64,000 nt of DNA, taken from Caecitellus pseudoparvulus (taxonomy: Eukaryota; Protista; Bigyra: Bicosoecida). Positions 48,709-61,687 of the stretch are shown here, piece by piece. The stretch covers positions 248,001-312,000 of the forward strand of contig CBFFRQ010000030.1 of assembly GCA_965644315.1 (NCBI GenBank), read 5' to 3'. Position 1 is the stretch's first letter, and each line of letters opens with the position of its first letter. The position numbers were made by a program, and so were the translations under genes. The notes under the pieces were generated by a model. The model had not been told where the DNA came from. It searched no databases and saw only the letters and a program-made list of their open reading frames with translations.

Positions 48709-51700
48709 ATGCAAGCTGCGAGCTTCTTGCATGCTCCGCAATCCGTGCGTGGGCGAAGTCAACGTTGGGACACGCTTGCGCCGCATGAGGAGCACGTTGA
48801 TCTGGAATCATGGCCAGCGGCAGCGAACAGTCCATGGCAGGGCGGCTGGCGAGTCCCCACCCACTGCTTCTCCTCCTTAACAAGGCATCAAGGCAGGACA
48901 TCGTGTCGTCGTTTGCTTCACGGGCCGAGCAGGAGCTGTGCGAGGAGCACGTACCCAAGCCAAGCTGCGTTGCAACCTGGCTCACTGCGCCGGCAAACGC
49001 TAGCCGCTCGCCGTGCTTCGCGCCCGCTGTCAGTGCCTTCATCCAGCACACTTTAGAGCACCAATCGATGGAGGAGGTTGCGGTACAAGCCTGCCTGTCC
49101 CTCCTTGAAGGGCTGATTCAGGTGCGCACACGAGCGTGCGGAAGTTGCTGTGCGTTGCACGCGCTGCATGGGCACCCCTCTGCAAGCCCTCAGGCACTCA
49201 GGAAGCACCAAGCCGACTTAAGCAAGAGCAAAGGCAAGTTGTCAGTGATGGTGGCGTGCTGTGCGGGCGCTGCCATGGAGGCGCTGCATGAAGTGTTGCT
49301 GGAAATGGCATCTCATGGCAGCAAGGCCCTGCTAGCTGCCACAGCTGCAGCAGCATGTGAGGCTGCGGCGGCAGCAGTGGCCGTAGCAACCAAGGAAATT
49401 GCCATGAATAAAGGACCACACTTGGCCAGCCTTGCGGCACAGGCACTGCGGCTTGCTTTGAAGGGCAAGTGGCGGAGCAACGCCAGCGCACTGGTGTTGC
49501 AAGGAGAGTCCCATGCCCTCCATGCTGCCGTGCGCTCCATGTCGAAAGCTGCCTCTGCTGGGCGTCTCCGCCTGGACGCTGCCGTATTGGTCTACGAAGT
49601 GGCCTTCCGTCTTTTGCTCGCATCGCGGAAGGTGCCATCTGTGCCCCCATCCTTCGCCAGGCAGCTGCAGGATGACCTGAGCCTGGAGGCAGCGCAGCTG
49701 GCTGAACTGGGCGCAATTAAGGCCGAGTTGTTCCGTGAAAAAGCGATGCAGTGGCTGGAGCATCTTCACAGACTTGGTCCTGACAGCAGCGTGAACCACT
49801 TTGTCCCCCTTGAGTCCGTTTCCCTAAGGGTCCTCGGCCGGGAGACGCCGGTGGCCTTGCCAACTTTTTGCGCATCAGACACGAGGCTGGAAGTCAGGCC
49901 CAAAGAGCTCGTGGTCCGCGTCACGCAGGAGCTGATCGAGGGGAAGCAGTCGGTGGAAGAGCTCCTCCGCCAGCAGAGCATGGTTTCCAACATTGACCTT
50001 GGCCTGCCGTGGAGCTTGGTGGAGCGCATTGAACTTGATCGGCAAAGCCAGATAACGGTGTGGCTCAACTCCACCGCCGGGCTTCACAAAGCGTCAGCTG
50101 TGCAGGAAGCACCTGTTCCAACTGTGAAAGGTATCGCCAGAGGCCTCACGCATCCCCGCATCTTGACCAGCGTCCTTGGGACTCGAGAGGAGGTTGGGAG
50201 CTCAGCTGAATGGGCACTTTGCGCACGCTTTCGAGGGCGTGTCTCACTGGACGCCGTGGCAAGTGCCGTCCGTGAGATGGCCCCCGAGCTTGCTGATAAG
50301 GTGATTCTCCTCAGTGGAAGCCCGGCTGCACCCTCCACGCAGAACTCCCCAATCCCTCCCGCCCAAGGAAGCCCACAACCCAGCCTTCAGGGCTCACAAG
50401 CTTCGGCCCAGCCCTCTTTTGCGAGCACACAGGAGCAGCGAGTCTCTGCCGCCTCCTTCCTGATTCATCGGAAGTCGGTGAGCACCGCAGATTGTTCAGG
50501 AGTGGGGGACGAACGTTCCATTGCATTTGACGATGTGGAGCTTGAGCCTGAGGCCAGCGGTGAACCTCGCACGAGCACCAAGGTAACGCCTGAATTGCCG
50601 AACCCGCGCCCCGGGAGCAAATTTAGGCGTGGGGGACAGCGCAAGGTCCACGCGACTAGCGTCGCAGTTCACCGCAAGGCAGAAGCCCACTCCGTGCCTC
50701 AGAAGCAGGCTCCGAGCATTGAAACAGGCGCCTCAGGCGACACGGGCTCATCGAGGTCCCCTGGCAAAGAGTGCTGCAACATGACACAGGAGCAGCAAGG
50801 TGCAAGCCAAGGACCTGAGGAGCCTGGGATCAGCGAAGAGAAACCTCCAAGCAAAGGCTCCGATGTGCCGGCGGCAAGGGAAGCCGGGTCGCCATGGCAA
50901 GCAAAACGAGAGCCGAGCAGGCCCGTAGCCCCCAAGCCACAGCTTCCCCCCAAACGAGCACACCAAGGACCGAAACGGGGACGAAAACCTGAGAGCGGCG
51001 AGCTTGGAGGAGACGCAACGCCCCCCCCTGCAGCCCCTCGCCGGTGTGCAGCACTGAGTGCAGGCAATTTTGCACGCAGCACGGCCAAGAAAGGCAGCGT
51101 CCGAAGCCGCCTTATGGCCAAGGCCAGCCGACGAGAGGCTCCCAGCACAAGCGCCACTGCTGGCACCAAGCAGTATAGGCGCCTCGGTGGAAAGAAGCGC
51201 ATTGCTGGCGCTCACCACAGCGTGGAGTCACAGCCAAAGCGAGCCGCGCCTGCGCAATCGCCTCCAGCGCCGGAGGTTCAGCATGGTACGACGTGCTCCA
51301 AAGGCAGTTCGTCTCCTGCTCCATCGAAGCCACTCAAGTCAGAGGGCTCCGAGTCAGCGAGTACTCCTGGCGTCTCCACTCCGCACTCAGCGAGAGAAGG
51401 TACTCCCGAACTCGGCAGTCCTCTGCCTGTGGCAAGCCTGAAGTTTAGCTTCGAAAGTGCCAGCCAGGATGACGCCAGCGCAGAGGACCCTTTTCAGGGT
51501 ATTCTCGACAGCTTTGATGCACTCTCTGAGGAGAAGAAGGAGATGGAATCCCTGCGAGATGCCTCTCCACTGCTGCCTGGGCCAGAGCCCAGTGCAGACT
51601 TGCTCGTCCAGCCGCGTGGCGGAGATGCCACACTTGGCTTGCTAGAAGCCCTACAGCACCAAGAAGAAGACGATGAAGAGTGCATGGCACTCATGGAGCA

Positions 51701-52172
51701 AGTGCATGCGGCCCTGCAGAAGCTGCTGACACGGAGGGCTGTGCTGGGAGCCAAGCGAAGAGCACGAGAACACCTGCTGCGAGCAGCATCAAAGCACCTG
51801 CGGCAAGCAAATGCCGCCGTAAAGAGTCGACTGGGACCAGCTTCAAAGCGCCTATCGGCTGCCATGGCTTCGTACACCGCTGCAGCTGGAGCTTGCAGAG
51901 ATGCCAGCAACGGCATCAGGCTGTGTGTTGATGCCGCGACAGCCACCAGCGACGCACGGCCGGCTCAAGTGCTGTCCACGCATGCCCAAGCGGCTCAAGA
52001 AGCGCTGAAGCGACTGGAAATGGTGGACGCAAAGCTCCTCAGTACTTCTAAGCAACGGCTGCGTGGCGTTGCTGACGACATCAAGGGCAGCATCTCAAAA
52101 GAAAGGCGCAGCCAAGCTCAAGTTAGTGTCGCAGTGAAGGCATTGATGCAGCGGCTTGCAGCAGACCTGTGA
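48709..52172 (+). CDS. Hypothetical ~1100-aa protein: helical N-domain, beta-rich domain, disordered middle, C-terminal coiled coil
   Basis: 1120-aa ORF; likely first exon MQAASFLHAPQS followed by a GTGCGT donor, and an in-frame intron at ~49121-49193. Confidence 0.7.
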
Positions 52173-52180
52173 CGGCAACG

Positions 52181-55100
52181 TCATCCCACTGGAGGGCTGC
52201 TCATGATGCCATGCAGCAGCTGGTACAGGACTGGACCGTCCTGCGAGTCAGCGTGCCGTCCCGCCAGCACAACCATGTCCACTGGGTGGGCATACAGCCA
52301 CTCCCACAATCGTTGCAGGCGATCCAAGCTGCGAGCGTTGTGCTGCAGGTCACATGCAGGGACAGCAGCAAAGAGATCGTCCTGTGAAGAAGGGCGGGCT
52401 TGCAGATGGTGGGCGCTCCCAGCGCTACATGTTCAGCGCACGCACGGCAGGCTTCCCCCTGACTTGGACGTCGATGTGCGCCGGGTCCCGCCGATTCCTT
52501 GCAATGCGTAAGGTAAAACAATAGTGCCAATCACCATCTTGGAGGGAAACACAATTCACAATGCGAGGAGGCCAGTGCCCAATGACCCAGCCAGACACTC
52601 GGTACTTGCACGGCGTGTGTGGGCAGGCCACCACCTCCTGGATGGAAGTTGTGGGGGCTTTAGGGTGGCCAGACAGCACGCTGAACTGCACTTGGCCAGT
52701 TTCTTGCAGCTGCCGTAACTCCTCTGTAGCTCGGCGGCGACTGACTGCTGCAAATGCTCTGCGTGGGGGGCGAGGCACGGTGGGTGAGGGCGTTTGGTGT
52801 GGAGCAGCCCTGCTGTCTGCACGAACTTCAACCGCTCTTGCACATCCAAGGCGAAGGGTGGGACCTTAATAAAACCTGAACGGGCCGCTTTCACAAAGAG
52901 TAAAGTGCTCCCGGGGTCAATTTCGGGAATGGCAGCCCCATGGGGAAAGCAGCCTCCTTTCAAGGCACAGGCCATCGCATTGCGCACACGTAGCCAGTCA
53001 CCGGGCTGCAAGTTGAGCGCTTCAAGCCCAGCTTGGTCAGAAGTGTCCACATAGACGAAGGATCCAAGCTGAACTCCACCTGAGCAGGGAGGGTAGATGT
53101 CTTGGAGCGACACTCCTTGAGGTAGGGATGCGGCAGAGGAGCCATGCGAGCCAGTCCCATCCCACAGCACCAGTTGCACTGAGCACGCTGCACCGCTTCC
53201 AGCGCGATGACACTGCGCGTCCAGGGCTTGCTTTTTCTCCCGTGTCCAGGGGCCAGCGAGCTTCTCTCCATTCACGAACACTGCTCCGACACAGCCCAGC
53301 ATGTCCACCCCGGTACCGACGTAGCCTTGGAATGCCTGAGACGGGCTGGTCAGGTCGCCGACAGATCTGAGGTACGGCGAAGTGAACAGCCTTTTGGTCT
53401 TCATCAGCGCATCACCCCAAGCAGAGAGTTCTGATACACGTTCTGCGGCAGCAGGCGACAGCGAGAACGAGTCACTGGTGGAAAAGTAGGTGCCATCTCT
53501 ACGGAAGAGCACAGCCGCCGAGCGATTGTTCCGCCCCGAGAGCACAAGTTGTTCCTGGGACTGGAACACGTTGGCCTTGACGCGGTGGAGGCGAACGACA
53601 TCGCCCACTTCTCGAGGGATTGGGTGCTGGGAAGGGTTGGGCAGGAACACTTCAACTGGGCACGCCTGCGCCAAACTCGGCCTGTCCTCGTCCACAATCA
53701 GCAGGCGGCTTTTGAAATCAGTGCCAGAGCTCTTGAACGGCAACCCTGTGTCCAAGACAACGCCATACACGTTCACAGTGCTGCCAACTTTCATCTTGTT
53801 CAGCACAGTGTACGAGTACTTCGTCGTGCGCCCCCCACGTGCGCGGTGGGCAAGCGCCAAGCTCATCCACGGGCCTGTCTCTGAGACGTTCTGAGGAGTG
53901 ATGGCACGGCCACCTTGCGCGACTGCCGCACTGGACATGCTCCTGGCATACCCGACTCGGGCACCTGCAAGCTGCGAAGCGAGCTGGACACCACTTGGCA
54001 GCTCCTTCGCGCCACCTGCAACGTTGCTTGCGCCATCTTGCGGCTGCATGGCTTCCAAGGCTGCAACTGTGGACCCACCAGACACTTGGAGCGCACCTGG
54101 CGTGGAATTGGTGGTGTTTGAACTGTCGTGAGCGGCTTGACTGAGCGAGTAGCGGAAGGGGAGTGCCTGCCCCGCTGGGCCGTGCCCCGCCCCTTGCTGT
54201 TGCGAGGACAGCGCGGCAAGGTCGTCAGCCGCTTGTCGGTCGCTGGCATCCCCAGCATCTCTCGACGCATCAGACTCAGGCTGGTCTTCCTCTGCTGCCA
54301 TGCGCTTCATATCGGGTGGTTGCGTCGCGCAGTCGCATGGGTCGGGCAGCGGAGGTGGCTGTGTTTCGCCTTCACAAGGGTTCACCCATGCCTGTGTCTC
54401 TGCTTCACATGGATGCACAGGGGGTGGCATTTGAGTGGCCATCTCACAAGGGTGTGGTGATTGACCTGCTTGGCCCTGCCTTAGGCTGGGTGGAGTCCCA
54501 GGACTCGCCCCGCTCCACCCCAGGGCAGGCGCTGCAGGCTCACGGCCTCCTTCGCTCTCCTTTCCCTGCGCCCGTCCACGCTTCCCCTTGCGGCTCTTCT
54601 TCCTCTTGGATAGCTTCACCAGTCCGGTCAGCCACTCCTCCATGCTGGTGAGGCCAGGCTTGTCGTTGGCTGGGGAATGGTCGTCGAGCCTCGGACGTTT
54701 GGCTGAGGGAGGGGCCAGGGCCGCGTGCCCTTCGATGACACTCGGGAGCTCTCCACGGCGACTGGCCTTGCCAGCCAGAGAGGGCAAATTGGGGCATTCA
54801 TGGAGGGAAGCAGTCGTGACACGCTGCCCTGCGGTGAAGGCGGACTTGGTGCCGCAAGTGTACCGGGTGCCCGCCTGCACAAGGGTCTGCACGTGCAGCG
54901 TGATGCTGGGTCCTTGTGAGGGAGCAGCAGCAGCAGCAGGAGTGCTTTCGGGAAAAGGTGGGACACTGCCTTCGCTTTGAAAGGCATGCAGGGCAGGCGG
55001 GAGGGACAGGGACTGAATCTCTCCCTGCGTGTCTGGCTGCAGGCCCGCCATCAGGCCCGGCTCCGCGATGACGAGGCGGCAGGGGTGGTCGGACGGCAGC

Positions 55101-55754
55101 GAGCGCCTGCGCGGGGGTGGTGCGGACAATGTTCGCAACATTCGAGCAAACATAGCACAAGGAGTGGCTGTGCAAGGCATGGCATCACGGGTTCTGGGCA
55201 CGCACATGGTGTTGGGCCGCACGAGGACTCCTGTGCCTGCGACATGGATCAGGTCTCCCGCTGCCACTAGCGGGGCCATGCGGTCAGCCCAGCGGTCATA
55301 CAAGAAGACAAGGATTTCATTTCCCTCAGAGTCAGCGCACTGGAACTGTGCAGCGGAGCAGGTGCAGAGTGGCATGGCCGCCCAGCTTGGCCTCTGCGGC
55401 ACAGCATTGCCTCACCTCATGCAGGAGCAAGCGCAGCAGGCGCTGAGCACTGCCCCACCTCGTCGATGCCGTGGAGGAGCTGTCAAGCTTCTGCAGCGGC
55501 CAGACGCTCTTGATTTTTGCCTGTAAGGCGGCAGCGCGGTTCCAGTGCCGGGGCGGAAGGCGCGCAGGCAAGTGTGCAGCTCACCGTCACATGCCTGCCG
55601 CGCAAGTCTTCGACGTCGGCCAGTGCCTTCACGGAAGTGCGTTTGCCTGGAGAAGGCAAGGGCAAGACACAGAATTCAAGCGCAGAGGTGTGCGGCACAT
55701 CCACTCGCTGGTATTTACCGTGTGGTACGTGCACGCCTTCAGCAGCGGATGCCA
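52181..55754 (-). CDS. POT1: Protection of telomeres 1-like OB-fold protein with N-terminal extension
   Basis: OB1 signature YSYTVLNKMKVGSTVNVYGVV...SSGTDF...VGDVVRLHRVK; OB2 VDMLGCV..VLWDGT..LQPGDWLRVRN; C-terminal exons TSIQEVVACPHTPCKYRV...DLFAAVPACDL. Confidence 0.85.
54319..54456 (-). repeat. Four degenerate coding repeats PC(E/D)xxTQ in the POT1 linker
   Basis: HPCEMATQ, HPCEAETQ, NPCEGETQ, DPCDCATQ spaced 11-13 aa apart. Confidence 0.8.
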
Positions 55755-56145
55755 TGGGCGAAACGCCGGTGAAACTCGGCTGGGCTGGCACACGCTAGCC
55801 GGCTCCCAGAAGGCCGCAGGGACTGGCGTGCTCTAGGAAGCGGTGCCATCCATCGGGGTACTGGATTCGACTTTCGCCTCTCTGGCGTGATTTGTTCTGT
55901 CAGCGCCCCGTTCAGATCGCAAGTCGCTCAAACACATCATGCAGCTCGTGCCGTTGGACAAGCCCCCCTCAGACAACCGCGCTGCCACAGCATTGGCAGT
56001 CCAGTCATTCACTCAAATCTGCGACCACCACCGACCCGCCCGGCAACCCAACTCCTCGAATCTCCTTGGCTCGAGTAGCTGGCGTTGCGCTTCATCGACA
56101 GCGACGCGTTCAAGGTGCTGTCGTCGAGTTCCACTCACGTCAATC

Positions 56146-59100
56146 ATGCCGACATCCCGCAAGCGATCAGCTCCGTCTCAAGCCGAATCTGGTGTAGTTG
56201 ATGATGCAGGTACGCATTCTGCCATGTAATTGCAGTCAGAAGCCCGCTGTTGGCTTGATTTCACTGCGCATCCCGAAGCAAATTCCGCACAAGCCCAACG
56301 CTGGATCTTGCTTTGTTCTGGCGGCTCATCGCGTGTTGTAGCCGCGCTTTCACCGAAAGCCCGCGCGAAATGCTCAGGTCTGTTTCAAGCACCGGAGGCA
56401 GCCCTGCTTCATCTGAAGGACGGCACTGTTCTCACTGGAAAGAGCTTCGGAGCCGCCGCTGGCATGGCTGGGGAACTTGTGTTCACAACAGGTGAGTCCA
56501 GCCAGCCGGCTGCCTGCAGCTCTGAAGCCAGAGGGAGCATGGTGGTGTGAATCCCCTCTCCCAAGGCAAGTCGTATGCGGCCTGTTGCGCCACTTCACTC
56601 CTCTTGTGACAACTGCACAGGCATGGTGGGGTACCCTGAGGCCTTGACAGACCCCTCGTACGCGGGGCAGATCCTGGTCCTGACATACCCCCTCATTGGT
56701 GAGCAGCTCAGCGGAAAGCTGGTCTTATGTCGATGCCATGTATCCACACCCCGCCCCCGCTTTCCTGCACGCGACAGGTAATTACGGTGTTCCGGACACC
56801 AGCGCCGAGGATGAGTTCGGACTGCCCGCGTTCTTCGAGTCCACAAAGATCCATGTGGCTGGCCTCGTGGTGTCGGAGTACTCTGAGAAGTACTCCCACT
56901 GGAATGCCAAGGGGAGCCTGGGCGCCTGGCTGGCCAGCCAAGGCATTCCCGCCATCTCAGGTGTGGACACGCGACACCTCACGAAGCGCATCCGGGAGGA
57001 GGGCGCCATGCTGGGCTTCCTGGCGGGGCACTGCCCCAAGGGAGCACCAGCGCACACGGTGCAGTTCCAGGATCCCAACACCACCAACCTCGTGGCCAAG
57101 GTGTCCCGGACGCAGCCCCTCGTCCTGAACAAAGGCGCGGAGCCCCGCATCGTCGCGTTTGACTGTGGCATCAAAGCCAACATCATCCGCTGCCTGGCGA
57201 AGCTGGGCGTGGAGGTGACTGTGGTGCCCTTCGACTGGGACTTCGACAAGGACCCCACCTGCGTGGACGCGGAGGGCGGCAAGATGTTCACGTATGACGG
57301 CGTGTTCTTGTCCAACGGACCAGGGGATCCGGCCATGGCGAAGCCCACCATCGCCACTCTGCGCCACCTGATCAAGCCCGCCTTGGACCTGACGGCAGCT
57401 GCTCCCACTGTCGTCTCCTCTGCTTTGCACGCGGACTCCGGCGCAGGCACTGGTGAAGCAGCAGCTCCACAGCCCTCTGCAGGGGATGCCAGCAGCGCCG
57501 CGGGGGCCGCCCCTGGCGCGCGATTTTGCCAGGCTGCTGACCTGCCCACTGTTGGGGGGGAGGCCATTGCGGCAGCCTTGCTCAAGCGCACGCGCCCCAT
57601 TCCCGTGTTCGGCATCTGCCTGGGCAACCAGCTCATGGCTTTGGCAGCTGGCGCGAGCACCTACAAGCTCAAGTACGGCAACCGCGGCATGAACCAGCCT
57701 TGCGTGGACATGCGCACGACCCGGTGCTACATCACCCCCCAGAACCACGGCTTTGCCGTGGACGGGGAGCACCTGCCTGCGGGCTGGATTCCGCTGTTTG
57801 TCAACGCCAACGACAGCACAAACGAGGGTATCACACATTCCACCCTGCCGTACTTCTCCGTGCAGTTTCACCCCGAAGCGTCTGGTGGGCCCTTGGACAC
57901 GTCATTTCTGTTCCATGACTTCCTGAACAAGGTGAAGGGCACACCTTCCCCGCTGTCCACAGTGGACTCCAGTATTCTACGTGCGCGCCACACGCTTGGA
58001 CGCATTCGCAAGGTTCTGCTGCTGGGCTCTGGCGGGCTGTCCATCGGCCAGGCTGGCGAGTTCGACTATTCAGGATCCCAAGCCATCAAGGCCTTGAAGG
58101 AGGAGGGGCTGTACGTTGTGCTCGTGAACCCGAACATCGCCACCGTGCAGACGAGTTCTGGCATGGCTGACAAGACGTACTTCCTGCCGCTCACGCCAGA
58201 GTTCGTCCGTGATGTGATCGTAAAGGAAGCCCCTGACGGCATCATCGTGTCTATGGGCGGGCAGACAGCTCTCAATGTTGGGGTGGCCCTGCACCGAGGG
58301 GGTGTTCTGGCACAGCACAATGTGCAGGTGCTGGGCACGCCCATTGACGTCATTGAAGACACGGAAGACCGCGAGGTCTTTGCGAAGATCATGGAGAGCA
58401 TTGGCGAGCACGTTGCTCGATCTGAATCGGCCACGACGCTTGACGAAGCCATTCAAGTTGCCGAGCGCATCGGGTACCCGGTGCTCGTGCGAGCCGCCTT
58501 CGCACTGGGGGGCCTGGGCTCCGGCTTCGCAGAGAACCGCACAGAGCTCATTCCCTTGTTGGAGAAGGCGCTGGCGCATTCTCCCCAAGTTCTCATCGAC
58601 CAAGACTTGCGAGGGTGGAAGGAGGTGGAGTACGAAGTCGTCCGTGATGCTGCAGACAACTGCATCACGGTGTGCAACATGGAGAACTTCGACCCACTGG
58701 GCGTGCACACTGGGGACTCCATTGTCGTTGCTCCCTCTCAAACGCTGAGCAACTCCGAGTACTTCAAGTTGCGCGCAACGGCGCTGAAGGTGGTGCGTCG
58801 GCTGGGCGTCGTGGGGGAGTGCAACATTCAGTATGCACTGCACCCCGAGTCAGAGCGCTTCTGCATCATTGAGGTGAATGCCCGTCTGAGCAGGTCCTCT
58901 GCGCTGGCGAGCAAGGCTACAGGCTATCCTCTCGCTTACGTCGCGGCGAAGCTTGCTCTGGGCCACGACTTGGTGTCCCTGCGCAACTCCGTGACCAAGA
59001 CCACCACGGCGTGCTTCGAGCCGTCCTTGGACTACTGCGTGGTGAAGATGCCACGCTGGGACTTGAAGAAGTTCTCGCAGGTCTCCAACAAAATCGGCAG

Positions 59101-61567
59101 CCAGATGAAGTCAGTGGGGGAGGTCATGTCCATCGGGCGGTCCTTTGAGGAGGCCATGCAGAAGGCCATCCGCATGGTGAATCCGGCGCTGGCTGGCTTC
59201 CACGCCTCCGGCTCGGAGCTGAGGGGGGAGGAGAGCCAGAGCCCTGTTCTCTCCCTCCCGACCCTGGCAAGCGTCGCCTCTCCAATGCTGAGCGCGACAC
59301 AGGTCCCCCCCAGCACGTCTGCCCTGTCATGGGCTGATGCGGCGCTGCCAGCGGCCGCCGGCCCAGGCGCTGGCCAAGCTGCGGCTGATGCGGGAGCTGT
59401 GAGCAAGCCTGCGAACCCCACCCCACAGGTCGCTGTACCTACTGCTGCGACTTCTTCTACAGTGCCAGCATCGTCTTCGTCGCAAGCAAGGGCTGACGGG
59501 TACGCCACTTCAGCGGCCAAGCGTCCGCGCCGAGCAAGTGGCGCTGCGGGCAAGTCGCCTTCGGGAGGAGTGGACACAGAGCGACTGGACGAGCTGCTGA
59601 CCAAGCCATCTGACACGCGGTTGCTGGACATTGCTGTCGCCTTCAGCATTGGCTACACAGTGGACGCCGTGCACGCGCTGACCAAGATCGACCACTGGTT
59701 CCTGTTCAAGCTGAAACGCATCGCGGACATGACGCGCACGCTGGCTACCGTGGGCGACCTGTCTGCCATCACGAAGCCTGTCATGAAGGAGCTGAAGAAG
59801 GCGGGGTTCGCGGACAAGCAGATTGCGCTGTGCTTGGGCAGCGGCGTGTCAGAAGTGGCGGTGCGGCGGCACCGCGTGTCCCAGGGCATCGTTCCCCGCG
59901 TGAAGCAGATCGACACGCTGGCTGCAGAGTTCCCAGCCCACACGAACTACTTGTACATGACCTACAATGGCGACGCAGAGGACGACATCGCGCCCTCCCA
60001 AGATGGCACCATCGTGCTTGGCTGTGGGCCGTACTGTATCGGCTCCTCTGTGGAGTTCGACTGGTGCGCAGTGTCGTGCCTTCGCGCTCTGCGTGAGGCT
60101 GGGCGCACTGCCATCGTCATCAACTACAACCCCGAAACTGTGTCCACGGACTACGACGAGTCGGACCGCCTGTACTTCGATGAGCTGTCCCTTGAGCGAG
60201 TGCTGGATGTGTACGAGCGGGAGGCTGCAGCGGGGGTGGTGGTCAGCGTGGGCGGGCAGATCCCCAACACACTGGCCATGCCTCTGCATGAGCAGGGGGT
60301 GAAGATTCTCGGCACTTCCCCCACAGACATTGACCGTGCTGAGGACCGCAACAAGTTCTCGCAGCTCTGCGATCGACTGCGCATCGACCAGCCACGGTGG
60401 GCTGAGCTGAGCTCGCCCAGCGACATCAAGGCGTTTGTCGGGGAGGTGGGCTTTCCCGTGCTGGTGCGCCCGTCGTACGTTTTATCTGGTGCTGCCATGC
60501 GGGTGGTGTCTACAGAAGCCGCCCTGCACCAGTGCCTGCAGGACGCGAAGGACGTGTCTCCAGATGCACCCGTCGTGGTGTCGCAGTTCATTGAGAACGC
60601 GAAGGAAGTTGAGTTCGACGCTGTGGCCAAAGACGGCCGCATCCTGAACTACGCCATTTCAGAGCACGTGGAGAACGCGGGGGTGCACTCGGGAGATGCT
60701 ACCTTGGTGCTGCCAGCGCAGAAGCTGTACGTGGAGACCATTCGCCGCGTGAAGCTGGCCAGTGCCGCCATTGCGAGGGAGCTGAGCATCAGCGGCCCCT
60801 TCAACATCCAGTACATGTCCCGCAACAACGAAGTGATGGTGATCGAGTGCAACCTACGAGCTTCCCGCACCTTCCCCTTCGTCTCCAAGACTTTCAACAC
60901 TGACTTCATCGCGCTGGCCACACGCGTCATGGTGGGCGTGCCTGCCAAGCCTGCCAGCATCTCCCTGGTGGACCTGGACTACGTGGCAGTGAAAGCACCC
61001 ATGTTTTCCTTCACCCGCCTGCAGGGCGCCGACCCCACGCTGGGAGTGGAGATGATGAGCACAGGCGAGGTGGCGTGCTTCGGGCGGGATGTACACGAGG
61101 CCTTCTTGAAGGCCCTGCTGTCTGCGCGGTTCCAGCTGCCCACTCGCAGCAAGGCAGTGCTGCTGTCCATCGGAGGGCTGGAGGCCAAGGCGGCCATTCT
61201 GGACGCCTGCCAGAAGCTCGTGGCAAGCGGCCTGAGTCTCTTCGCCACTGAGGGCACTGCGGCGTTCCTGGGGGAGCACGGTGTCCCCGTGACCCTCGCC
61301 CACAAGCCGACGTCTGGGCTGCATCCCAACACCACAGACTTGATTTCAGAGCACAAGGTGGACCTGGTCATCAACGACCCTCAAGGCGGCCTGGGCGAGG
61401 GTGTCTCCAACGGCTATCGCATCCGGCGGGCGGCTGTGGACTACGACGTGTCCCTGATCACCAACCTGAAGTGTGCCATCATGCTGGCCAACGCGCTGCA
61501 CAGTGTGAAGCACCTGCCCATCAAGGACATCCATGCGTACCACTCGCTGGACTCTGGCTTCGCTTGA
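56146..61567 (+). CDS. Glutamine-dependent carbamoyl-phosphate synthetase, fused small and large subunits, no DHOase/ATCase fusion
   Basis: [21 protein letters not shown]; SNGPGDP; FGICLGNQ; QFHPE; [21 protein letters not shown]; two ATP-grasp domains; MGS-like end; three 5' introns. Confidence 0.95.
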
Positions 61568-61687
61568 GGTGGTAGCAACGCACACACCAGGCACTGCCGT
61601 GGCCCAAATACATTTGACGAAGCACGTCTGCAGACTCCTGCGCCACCCCTGCCTGTCTTGCTCTCCACTCCACGCTCGGCCGCCACC

